Shown: positions 24,135 through 34,009 of the stretch, piece by piece | Layout of the letters: each line of letters begins with the position of its first letter | How positions within the stretch are numbered: the stretch's first letter is position 1 | Assembly (NCBI GenBank): GCA_030390025.1 | Contig: JASTWF010000138.1 | Span: forward strand, 310,001 to 374,000 | Source: Squalus acanthias | Taxonomy: Eukaryota | Length of the DNA: 64,000 nucleotides | Direction of reading: 5' to 3' | Notes under the pieces: model-generated | Told to the model about the DNA's origin: nothing | Databases searched by the model: none | What the model saw: only the letters and a program-made list of their open reading frames with translations | Program-made: the position numbers and the translations under genes

Positions 24135-24373
24135 GTTGAAACCAAAGCTGATTTATTTGACATATATCCAGAATATTAAACTCCAGCCCAGTTATAGGGG
24201 TTATTAACATCAGCAGAAACAAACCCCAACTGTCAAAATTAACATGGTTCAGTCCTGAATGTGATTAACAGCAGCAATAACAGCAGAATCCAACCCCTGC
24301 AGTGACTTGTGAACTCGCTGGTGTCTCAGCAGGGTGGATGACCGAGTGAATCTCTTCCCACACACGGAGCAGG
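24135..24373 (-). pseudogene. ZNF-E remnant: last finger plus 3' UTR
   Basis: [23 protein letters not shown] then the family 3' UTR; family TGA stop reads TCA; 5' part absent. Confidence 0.8.
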
Positions 24374-24423
24374 TGTGTGCAGCCCGTGACCCCTGGCTCA
24401 GGGCTGTGACCCCGAGGGAACTA

Positions 24424-25371
24424 GATGTAATATCTCCAAGTCTGCAGACGACACAAAGCTGGGTGGGCGTGTGTGCTGTGAGGAGGATGCAGAGAAACTC
24501 CAGTATGATTTGGACAGGTTGGGTGATTGGGCAGATGCATGGCAGATGCAGTATAATGTGGATAAATGCGAGGTTATCCACTTTGGTGGCAAAAACAGGA
24601 AGACAGATTATTATCTGAATGGCAATAGATTGGGAAAAGGGGAAGTGTAACGAGATCTGGGAGTCCTTGTGCACCAGTCGCTGAAGGTAAGCATGCAGGT
24701 GCAGCAGGCGGTTAAGAAGGCAAATGGTATGTTTACCTTCATAGCGAGAGATTTCGAGTTCAGGAGCAAGGATGTCTTGCTGCAGTTGTACAAGGCCTTG
24801 GTGAGATCACACCTTGAGTATTGTGTGCAGTTTTGGTCGCCTTATCTGAGGAAGGATGCTCTTGCCATGGAGGGAGTGCAGCGAAGATTTACCAGACTGA
24901 TACCTGGGATGGCAGGAATGACGTATGAAGAGAGATTGGGTCGATTAGGCTTATATTCGCTGGAATTTCGAAGAATGAGAGGGGATCTCATTGAAACTTA
25001 TAAAATTCTAACAGGACTAGACAGACTAGATGCAGGAAGGATGTTCCCGATGGCGGGGGAGTCCAGAACCAGGGGTCACAGTCTAAGGATAAGGGGTAAG
25101 CCATTTAGGACTGAGATGAGGAGGAATTTCTTCACCAGAGAGTGGTGAACCTGTGGAATTCTCTACCACAGAAGGCAGTTGAGGCCAATTCATTAAATAT
25201 ATTCAAGAAGGAGATTGATATATTTCTTAAGGCTAAAGGGATCAAGGGATATGGGGAGAAAGCAGGGACAGGGTACTGAATTTGGATGATCAGCCGTGAT
25301 CTCATTAAATGTCGGAGCAGGCTCGAGGGGCCGAATGCCCTACTCCTGCTCCTATCTTCTATGCTTCTATG
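24424..25371 (+). mobile_element. CR1 LINE 3' fragment
   Basis: ADDTKL, LEYCVQFWSPYL, RGDLIETYK; ttctatg tail. Confidence 0.92.
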
Positions 25372-25385
25372 CGAAGTGTGTACCT

Positions 25386-25476
25386 AATTGAGAGGTCGCA
25401 CAACACCAGGTTATAGTCCAACAGTTTTATTTGAAATCACAAGCTTTCGGAGCTATCGATTGCTCCTTCCTCAGGT
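25386..25476 (-). mobile_element. Penelope-like terminal-repeat fragment with hammerhead ribozyme and 13-bp TSD
   Basis: TSD gaagtgtgtacct at 25373-25385 and 25477-25489; minus-strand tcac-CTGAGGA-aggagc-aatcgata-gctcc-GAAAGCTT-gtga. Confidence 0.75.
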
Positions 25477-25719
25477 GAAGTGTGTACCTGCCATGGGAGT
25501 GTTTGATGGAACAGTGTAGAGGGAGATTTACTCTGCCATGTACTGTAATGTATCAAACTGTGATGGAGCAGAGCCCTGCTCTTTATTAGAACCTGGCATG
25601 TGACTGTTACAGACCATAATATTAGAGGAGACTGCGAGGTGCGCCTGGTCGCTGTGCAGTCATTCCGCTTCTGGGTCTTGACATAAAAAGTCAGGGGTAA
25701 AGGTGTATTTACTCTGATG

Positions 25720-25737
25720 GGCCACTAGGTGGCGCAG
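25720..25737 (+). promoter_or_regulatory. CTCF-binding motif at the 3' boundary of the IgH cluster
   Basis: ccactaggtggcgc matches the core CCASYAGRKGGCRS. Confidence 0.65.
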
Positions 25738-25906
25738 TAGCTCCTTAACCGAAGGGACTTGGGTTCAAACACAACCCAGACAGGACGGGTGAAAAATACC
25801 TGTCAGGGAAATAAAACAAAGTGTGATAGGGAAAATGGAGCGGTGTGGAGGAACCTTCGAGAAAGCAATTCAGCAAAGTCCAAATTAGTCAATTTGTCAT
25901 TCCAGA

Positions 25907-25912
25907 TTTATT
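25907..25912 (-). terminator. Poly(A) signal for membrane-form mu mRNA
   Basis: AATAAA ~455 nt after the TM2 stop, followed by U/G-rich sequence on the minus strand. Confidence 0.7.
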
Positions 25913-26366
25913 AACAATTTCACTGAGAACAATTTACAGAGAAGTTTTTAAAAAGTTAACACAAAGTGAATATAACAACAGAGCGTCACATTGAGACCAG
26001 AACACAGGCGGTCTGAGCTGCCAGTTATCTGTACAACTGTAACAGTCACCAGAGAGAAAACAGGGGCTCTACATAAAGGGAAGGGAACAATTGTCAATTA
26101 CGAATGAGAAAAGTGACTTATTTACACATGAAATATTCAAACAACCGTGAAACTCTGAGATACATTTACATTATAGCCACGATGATCTCACACATTTCAA
26201 ACACAGAGACGGAAATCCCGGTTCTGATTTTCTCAGCTACAGATTCGGATCTATTAACTGAAGGCATTTGACTCTGAGAATCACCAAGAGGATATATTTT
26301 ATTTTCAGGACACAGAGATGTTAATAAACAGATGAGGAAAATCCACGGCGTCCGAAATTCAACCGT

Positions 26367-26375
26367 TCACTTGAT
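26367..26375 (-). CDS. IGHM: IgM TM2 exon (IK-stop; cytoplasmic tail KIK)
   Basis: ttttacag|ATC AAG TGA, 140 nt after the TM1 donor. Confidence 0.88.
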   Translation of the reverse strand: MK

Positions 26376-26515
26376 CTGTAAAAGAGGGATAAAAGAATGA
26401 AGCAGAGATTTAGTGGTTTGGGGCATTTATCTCAGGGTTTTTATCAATGAAACTTTTAGAGATTTGTCAAACCGCTTCAGTCAGATCGAAGTGTGAGTGG
26501 ATTGAATCTTCTCAC

Positions 26516-26643
26516 CTTCACTAGAGTGACGGCAGCGCTGTAGGACATGCTCAGGAAGAACAGGATGATGAATGTGGAAGCGGTTGTCCAGATGTTGCCG
26601 CTCTCTTCCTCATAGTCTTCAATCAAGATGTGGTCTGAGGAAT
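26516..26643 (-). CDS. IGHM: IgM TM1 exon
   Basis: (D)SSDHILIEDYEEESGNIWTTASTFIILFFLSMSYSAAVTLVK; tag acceptor, AAG|gtgaga donor; antigen-receptor TM motif. Confidence 0.95.
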
Positions 26644-27294
26644 CTACGGGGATGTAGAGGCGGAAATATATTCAGATCCTTTATTAATCCAAGATATCAT
26701 ATTATTATTATATATTCTCTTCTTTTCCTTAAGGTATTAGTTTGTTCTCTAATTGAATTTTCAATGTATATCTTGAGTTAAGTTAATCACTCTCAGCAAT
26801 CTATCTCTGTTCCTAACTCCACAGTCGCTCTTCCTTTATGATCCTCCTATAGTCTGTGCTGGAAAAAACGACAGTTTTTTCTTCAATGTCACACGCTAAT
26901 TGATTTTGCATCAATTTCGTACAATCTATCATTCGGGAATTATGTGATGAAATATCGAGGGAGGTTTACTGATTGATATCGATTATTTTAACGATAGGTT
27001 TAGATAGCTACTTATTTGGAGACTGTCAATGGGGCTGGGTAAGAGATCAGATGTGATTTATAATCTTGTTTATTTATTTGTTATGGCAATGCTCTGAACA
27101 TAATTAACTTGTATCAGTTTCCAACAAGAACATTGATTCAGTGTATGTGTAGGACCAGAATAGAGAAATGTGAGATGTTATGGTATCAGGAATTATTCAT
27201 TCAGAACAATCGTTGGAAACTGTGCTCGTTCAAAAAGTGCATTTTAATTCTACAATCGTCTATAGCCTGAGGTTTTTTCGCGCATTCGTATTTG

Positions 27295-28110
27295 CGTATG
27301 TGTGTATAACAATCTCTTGTTTTGTTTTAGTCTGTGTTTGTGTGTTAATGTGTGTGTTGCTGTGTAAGTGTGTGTGTGTGTGTTCAAGTGTAATTATGTG
27401 TGTGTTGATGTGTAAGTGTGTGTGCGTGTGTTTATGTGTAATTGTGTGTGTGCTGATGTTTAAGTTTGCGTGTTTGTGTAATTCTATATATGGGTATTTA
27501 TGTGTAAGTGTGTGATTATGTGTAAGTGTGCGTGTATTTTTGTCAGTTTGTGTATGTTTATGTGTAAGTCTTTGTATAAGTGTGTGTGTTTATTTGTAAT
27601 TGTGTGTTTGTGTGTAAGTTTATTTGTAAATGTGTTTATGTTTAATTGTGTGTTTGTTTTTTGTGTATGTGCGTCCATGTGTGTGTTTATGTTTATGTTT
27701 ATGGTTATGTGGAAGTGTTTGTGTATGTTCAGGTGTAAGCGTGTGAGTGTTTCTGTGTAATTGTGTGTTTGTTTGTAAGTGTGTGTTTGTGTGTGTGTGT
27801 TTGTGTTGAGTGTGAGTTTATGGGTGTGTAAGTGTGTGTGTGTTAATGCATGTGTTTGTGTGTGTTTTGTTTAAGGGTGTGCGCGTGTGTATTTCCGGTA
27901 CTGTTCAAAGTTTCAGAGATTACCAATAACTGGGTCTGACAATGACGGTGTGTATTATATTCTGGGTATGTGTAATATTCTATGTCAATGTGTTAATTCG
28001 TGTCCTTATGTGTAAGTGTGTGTATGTTTATGTGTAAGTGTGCACTTACACAAAATACACACACTTACACAAAATTGCAAACGCACTGACACATAAACAC
28101 ACACACTCAC
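27295..28110. repeat. Degenerate (TG)n/(CA)n microsatellite tract
   Basis: TG-rich 27295-28040, flipping to CA-rich 28043-28110. Confidence 0.9.
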
Positions 28111-28442
28111 TTTACACGCATTCTTCCCCGCTCTGTGGAAATGTGTTCTGTGTGAGACGCAATGTGACGTCAACCGATGGGCCTCAAACCATCAGGGACA
28201 GAACAGTGAGAAACCCGCAGAGGATTCAATCACCAGTTCAAATTTGGACTATTAAAATTCAATCTGTTAGTTTATGAATAACAGGGACATATTTACCCCA
28301 AACACTAGTTAAAGATAAGTTGTTGAATAAATATTTATTTTAAAATATGATTCTCATCCGGCAACTTTAACGTTTTTAGACTGTGAGTTAAAGCTGACTT
28401 TTTACTGATGTCAACTAAGTTCATATAATGGAGATTGGTTCA

Positions 28443-29312
28443 CCTCCCCTCTCTCTGGTGGTGGAGTGGGGGTACAGTGGGTTAACAATTGCCCTTTCCC
28501 CTCTCCCTTGTGGGGGAGTGGGGGTACAGTGGGTTAACAATTGCCCTTTCCCCTCTCTCTGGTGGGGAGTGGGGGGTACAGTGGGTTAACAATTGCCCTT
28601 TCCCCTCTCCCTTGTGGGGGAGTGGGGGTACAGTGGGTTAACAATTGCCCTTTCCCCTCTCTCTAGTGGGGAGCGGGAGGTACAGTGTGTTAACAATTAA
28701 CCTTTCCCCTCTCTCTGGTGGGGGAGTGTGAGGTACAGTGGGTTAACAATTGCCCTTTCCCCTCTCTCTGGGTGGGGAGTGGGAGGTACAGTGGGTTAAC
28801 AATTACCCTTTCCCCTCTCTCTGGTGGGGAGTGGAGGTACAGTGGGTTAACAATTGCCCTTTCCCCTCTCTCTGGTGGGGGAGTGGGAGTACAGTGGGTT
28901 AACAATTGCCCTTTCCCCTCTCTCTGGTGGGGGAGTGTGGGTACAGTGGGTTAACAGTTGCCCTTTCCCCTCTCTCTGGTGGGGGAGTGGGAAGTACAGT
29001 GGGTTAACAATTACCCTTTCCCCTCTCTCTGGTGGGGAGGGAGGTACAGTGGGTTAACAATTGCCCTTTCCCCTCTCTCTGGTGGGGAGGGAGGTACAGT
29101 GGGTTAACAATTGCCCTTTCCCCTCTCTCTGGTGGGGGAGTGGGTGGTACAGTGTGTTAACAATTGCCCTTTCCTCTCTCTCTGGTGGGGGAGTGGGAGG
29201 TACAGTGGGTTAACAATTACCCTTTCCCCCTCTCTCTGGTGCGGGAGTGGGGGTACAGTGGGCTAACAATTGCCCTTTCCCCCTCTCTCTGGTGGGGGAT
29301 TGGGGGTTACAG
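28443..29312 (+). repeat. ~53-bp G-rich minisatellite (~16 units)
   Basis: Unit ggtacagtgggttaacaattgccctttcccctctctctggtgggggagtgg. Confidence 0.95.
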
Positions 29313-29699
29313 TTCGTTTTCGTGTGCGGCCGTATTTCAGATCGCAGAGGATGTGATGCTGCAAAATAAAACTGGCCCCAATTCTGAAGGGATGGACAAC
29401 ACGAGAAACAGGGACACCGAGATCTAAATGTGCTGCGTTTGTTTGTCGGAAATGGGAACTTTTTGATTCCCCCCAGCGGGACGAAAGTTGCTGAAGTGAC
29501 TTTGAGGAATCCTGTCATGAAGAGCTTCAGTCTGTCTCTAACCCGTGGTGCATCTGAGCTGGGAGCGCTGGCTGTACAAGCCTTGGGCCCGAGACCGGCA
29601 AATATCCTGCTTCAGATAAACGGCCCTCCCCTTGGCAAAACTGGGAAACGAAATTAATTGAGCGTTTGTGTGTGTAACTGACGATTGGAAGAAAAGGCC

Positions 29700-29715
29700 T
29701 TTATTGGTTTTTATT
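29700..29715 (-). terminator. Tandem poly(A) signals for secreted mu mRNA
   Basis: Two AATAAA at 29710-29715 and 29700-29705, just after the secretory stop. Confidence 0.85.
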
Positions 29716-29743
29716 CAAGAACTGAAATGCAATCGAGAGATTC

Positions 29744-30135
29744 TCATTGACAAGAATTGACGGTGTCCATCAGAACAAGGGAAATGTTGACAAAACTGGG
29801 TTTACCGCTGGATTTATTAACCGTTCTGTTGATGATCTTCAAGGGGATCGCTTCATGTCCCACCACACAGGAGTAAGAAGCGCCGCTGGCCCACTCCTCC
29901 GCTGCAATGGATAACAGGCTGTACATGAAGAAGGAACTGCTGCCGTTCTCCGCCATCACCTCGGTGTTCTTGTAGTTGCCGGAATTCACCGGCTTGTCAT
30001 TGACGGTCCACTTGACGAAGATCTCTCGGGGGGAGAAACCTCTCACTAAGCAGGTGAGGCTGACGAACCTCTGAGCGGAGACTTCTTCTGCCGGGGGCAG
30101 GAGGACAGACACGGACGGTTCCCGCGGATCTTTAG
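29744..30135 (-). CDS. IGHM: IgM Cmu4 exon with secretory tailpiece
   Basis: (A)[14 protein letters not shown]...[18 protein letters not shown]...[13 protein letters not shown]; internal donor G|gtaaac at 29806/29805 for TM splicing; tail [20 protein letters not shown] with N-glycan sequon and penultimate Cys. Confidence 0.97.
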
Positions 30136-30344
30136 CTGCAGAACAATCACAACAAAGGTCAATAAACTGGAGAATTCCAGAGACAATGAAACCGGCGGTT
30201 AGATGTGAGAGAAATGTGCTTTACGCTGAATTTTAAAGGATTCCCTTTTCCCCTCTGTGTCCTGTCCGGTTTTCCGGCCCGGAGCAGAGGGAGATACAAT
30301 CCTTCTCTGTGGGAGCTTGAAGAGTTGGACTGGAAAATTGTATA

Positions 30345-30510
30345 GAATTTATATTATAGAAACAGACCATTCGGCCCAACTGGTCAATGGCGCTGTTTAT
30401 GCTCCACACGAGACTCCTCCCACCTTACTTCATCTAACCCTAATAACATATCCTTCTATTCCTTTTTCCCTCACTGACTTATCCAGCTCCCCCTTAAATG
30501 CATCATCTCT
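30345..30510 (-). mobile_element. CR1 3' end fragment
   Basis: ccattcggccc...cccttaaatgcatc 3' UTR pattern. Confidence 0.7.
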
Positions 30511-30653
30511 GGTCCCAGAGGGTTTAGTTAGTGGAATTACCCATTGAATTATTAGAGCAGTCCATTAAAACACTTAATATTATGAATTGGGCCGTGCACA
30601 AGCACCGGAAATAGTCACAGAGTCTCACTAATTGCTACAATCTCACCGCTCAC

Positions 30654-30962
30654 CTTTTTCCTTGTGGATGGAATCTCTTATCGGAGTCGGCATATCCTGG
30701 TGGCTCACCACGCAGTAGAACTCATCCCCACTCAGCCAGGCTTGTGTCGAGATGTTTAAGTTGCTGATCACGCTGTTGGGAGCCTCTCCGGGTTGGACGG
30801 CAATCTCTGATTTCAAAGTCTCCTTTTCTCGGGTCCAGGTCACGTTGACTCCATAAGGAGCATTAGACACGACGCAGGTTAAGGTCACCGTCGCCTCCAG
30901 TAAAACCTGTTCTAGTGACGGTTGCGGAAGAGTGATTTCTGGATCGTTGCATTGGATCTCAT
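30654..30962 (-). CDS. IGHM: IgM Cmu3 exon
   Basis: (D)[42 protein letters not shown]...[22 protein letters not shown]; cag acceptor, G|gtgagc donor; 309 nt, phase 1. Confidence 0.96.
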
Positions 30963-31221
30963 CTGTGAACAGAAATGAAAGTCAAGCAAAGATTCATCAT
31001 CAGAATCAGGACACCAGTATTCAGCCTTCACTCTCTCAGGGAGAATAAATCAACTTTGAGAGATTAACCTCTCGCTGTTGCATAAACACCATCGTTATTG
31101 GAAGGACAACGAATTGACAATGATTCCGGGAGACTCTTTAACATTTCCTGTGTATTTGTTCCCAGAGCCTCCTGTAATGGGCTGTGAAGCAAATACCCCG
31201 CGTAAAAACATTGAATAAATT

Positions 31222-31770
31222 CGGCCGCAATTTTATTAGGCAGTAAATAGCGATCTTCCCGAAATCCCTTGCTCCTTTACGCCCGTCTATAGATCCTTGT
31301 GCCCGAACGCATTCCCGCTCATTTTAATGGCTCCGCCCCCAGGGTCAAGAGCTCTACACGAATATTACGCTGGTTCAAACCGAGTCTCAAATGAAATCCA
31401 GGATTTATGGTGCAACAGGAAACAAAGTTCGAATCCGGCCTCGGTTGACTGTCTGTGTGGAGTTTGCACATTCTCCCCGTGTCTGCGTGGGTTTCCTCCG
31501 GGTGCTCCGGTTTCCTCCCACAGTCCAAAGATGTGCGGGTTAGGTTGATTTGGCTATGATAAATTGACCCTTAGTGTTAGGGGGGATTAAATACGTGGGG
31601 TTACGGGGATAGGGTGGGATATGTGTCGGTGCAGGCTCGATGGGCCGAAATGGCCTCTATCTGCACTGTGGGGATTCTGTGTGGTTCTGTGATTCTGTGA
31701 AAGTTAATTTTCTGATGTCTTGTTGCGATTTTGGGGGCGATGAAAATGTGCAGGAATCAGTTGCGGCCCC
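31222..31770. mobile_element. Possible Harbinger-type MITE hosting a SINE
   Basis: Ends ggccgcaatttt ... gttgcggccc resemble the ends of elements at 52979 and 60084. Confidence 0.4.
31425..31700 (+). mobile_element. V-SINE (HE1-like), 5'-truncated at the B box
   Basis: gttcgaatcc B box, V domain gtggagtttgcacattctccccgtgtctgcgtgggtttcctccggg, CR1-like tail (gattctgt)n. Confidence 0.88.
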
Positions 31771-31942
31771 CGTCAGAGGAGAAGTGAAAGGTCGGGAGAA
31801 TGGAGTTCCAAGGGGTCTTTGGGTGGAGAATAATGTGTAATGCCGATGTGAAGTAGTTTGTTCATTTCTGTCATTAGTGAGCACTTAACATGTCTGGTGA
31901 GAGAGAATCAGAAGGAAATATGACCGCAGGGCAGTAATAACA

Positions 31943-32635
31943 ACATAGGAACAGGAGCAGGCCATTCAGCCCATCCAGCCTGTTCCGACATTCAATGAGA
32001 TCATGGCTGATCTACACCTCAACACCATCTACCCGCCTTGTTTCTGTAACCCTTGATACCCTTGCCTAACAAACATCTTTCAATCTCAGTTTTGAAATTT
32101 GCAATTGGCCCACAGCCTCAACAGCTTTTGGGGGAGAGAGTTCCAGATTTCCACTGTCCTTTGTGTGAAGAAGTGTTTCCTGACATCACCCCTGAACGGC
32201 TCGGTTCTAATTTGAAGGTTATGCCCCTTGTTCTGGACTCCCGCACCAGAGGAAATAGTTTCTCTCTATCTCCCCTCGCAATTCAATTTATCAGCTTAAA
32301 CACCTCAATTAGATCACCTCTTAATCTTCTATATTCAGAGGAATACGAGTCTATCCTGTGCAGCCTCTCCTCATTATTTAACACTTTTATCCCCGGTATC
32401 ACAGAATCCCCACAGTGCAGATAGAGGCCGTTTCGGCCCATCGAGCCTGCACCGACACATATCCCACCCTATCCCCGTAACCCCACCTATTTAATCCCCC
32501 TAACACTAAGGGTCAATTTATCATAGCCAAATCAACCTAACCCGCACATCATTCTATTAAATCTGCACTGCGACCCATCCAAGGCCAATATATCCTTCCT
32601 GATGGGCGGTGCCCAGAATTGAACGCAGTTCTCTA
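31943..32635 (-). mobile_element. CR1 3' fragment with nested inverted V-SINE piece (32398-32550)
   Basis: CR1 tail at 31943; 32398-32550 is the reverse complement of 31530-31681. Confidence 0.85.
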
Positions 32636-32837
32636 AATAGAACAGATGCCCTTTCTAGCAGTGGGTCCCGAGACAGTTACCAGTAAAGAGTTCCAGACAC
32701 CTACTGTCGCTCCGAATATGATCAGCCAACTCAGGATAAACCTGAGACCGAGGACACCTCACTCACTGACGGACATCAGAGCAGAGAGAAACCTTCTTTG
32801 GCGAGGTTATGGAATCATGAACCTGAGGAATCATGAT

Positions 32838-33270
32838 TCAGAAGATAGTGGGTTCAAGTCTCACTCCAGATACTTGAACACAAAATGTAAATTGACACAC
32901 CCAGTGCAGCACTGAGGGAGAGCTGCACTGTCGGAGGTGCCGTCTTTCGCTTGAGAAGTTAAACCGAAGCCCCGTCTGCCCTCTCAGGTGGACGCCAAAG
33001 ATCCCATGGCACTATTTGGAGGAGAGCGGGGGAGTTCTCCCAGGTGTCCTGGCCAATATTTCTCCCTCAACAAACATCACTAAACAACAGGATTATCTGA
33101 TCATTATCACATTGCTGTTTGTGGGACTTTACTGTCTGCAAATTGGCCGCCGCGATTTCTACATTACAACAGTGATCACATTTCAGGAAGTACTTCCTTG
33201 GCGGTAAAGTGCTTTGGGACGTCTGGAGGTCGGGAATGGCGCTATGTAAAGGCAGTTCTTTCTTTTATTT
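32838..33270 (+). mobile_element. tRNA-derived SINE with L2-like tail (DeuSINE-like)
   Basis: B box gggttcaagtc, central body, tail gctttgggacgt...gctatgtaaaggcagttctttcttt. Confidence 0.8.
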
Positions 33271-33570
33271 TATATTGGAAGAAAACACAAACAGCATGAT
33301 TGGAAATTAGAAATAGAGCTTTCTCAGGGTAAACCTGAGACTAAGAACACCTCACTCACTGTCTGACATCACAGCTGAGGGAAACCTTTGGCGAAGTGAT
33401 GGAATCCTGAACCGTGAGGAACCCTGAGTCAGCACTGACATCGGAAGGAAACATAAACTGTATGATTGGAAATTAGAAACAGTTCTGCGCTTTTTACTAA
33501 TTCCAATAAAAGTCCTGACTGAGATCGGCGCTCAGAATGATCTGGAACTTCCCGGGGTTGTGTCACTTAC

Positions 33571-33888
33571 CCTTAGATCTGGAGATGTTTCTGCTTTGGG
33601 TGACCCCTTGATGAGAGACCTGGCAGGTATAGACTGAGTCGGCGAACCAATCCCTGGCGGGGAATGTCAGCCGACTGGTCGCCGAGAAGTTCCCGTTCAC
33701 TTCAAAGACGGGAGAGGTAACGAAGCCTAAATCCATGAGTTGTCCTTTCTTCAGCCAATTCACGGTCAGTGACTTTGGACGGAAATCGATGATTGAACAC
33801 ACGGCGGTTACATATCTGCTGCTGATGATTTCTTCATTGGAACTCAGGGTGAGGATCACAGTTGGAGGGACGATATCACGTTTCCAAC
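33571..33888 (-). CDS. IGHM: IgM Cmu2 exon
   Basis: (G)[13 protein letters not shown]...[17 protein letters not shown]...[20 protein letters not shown]; aag acceptor, G|gtaagt donor; 318 nt. Confidence 0.96.
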
Positions 33889-34009
33889 CTTCAAAAGAAC
33901 ACAAGTTAATGACATTCCTTATAAAATAAATGATTAAGAAATGCAAAGTGTCCTTGTATTTTAACAGGGCCTTTACTGTCAGGCTCACACTAACCTGGCA
34001 CTTCCAGAG

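Noticed and set aside
25728-25790. tRNA gene
   Set aside because: A/B-box-like motifs only; no complete cloverleaf could be drawn
27180-27760. Cys/Val-rich ORFs
   Set aside because: Translation of a TG microsatellite
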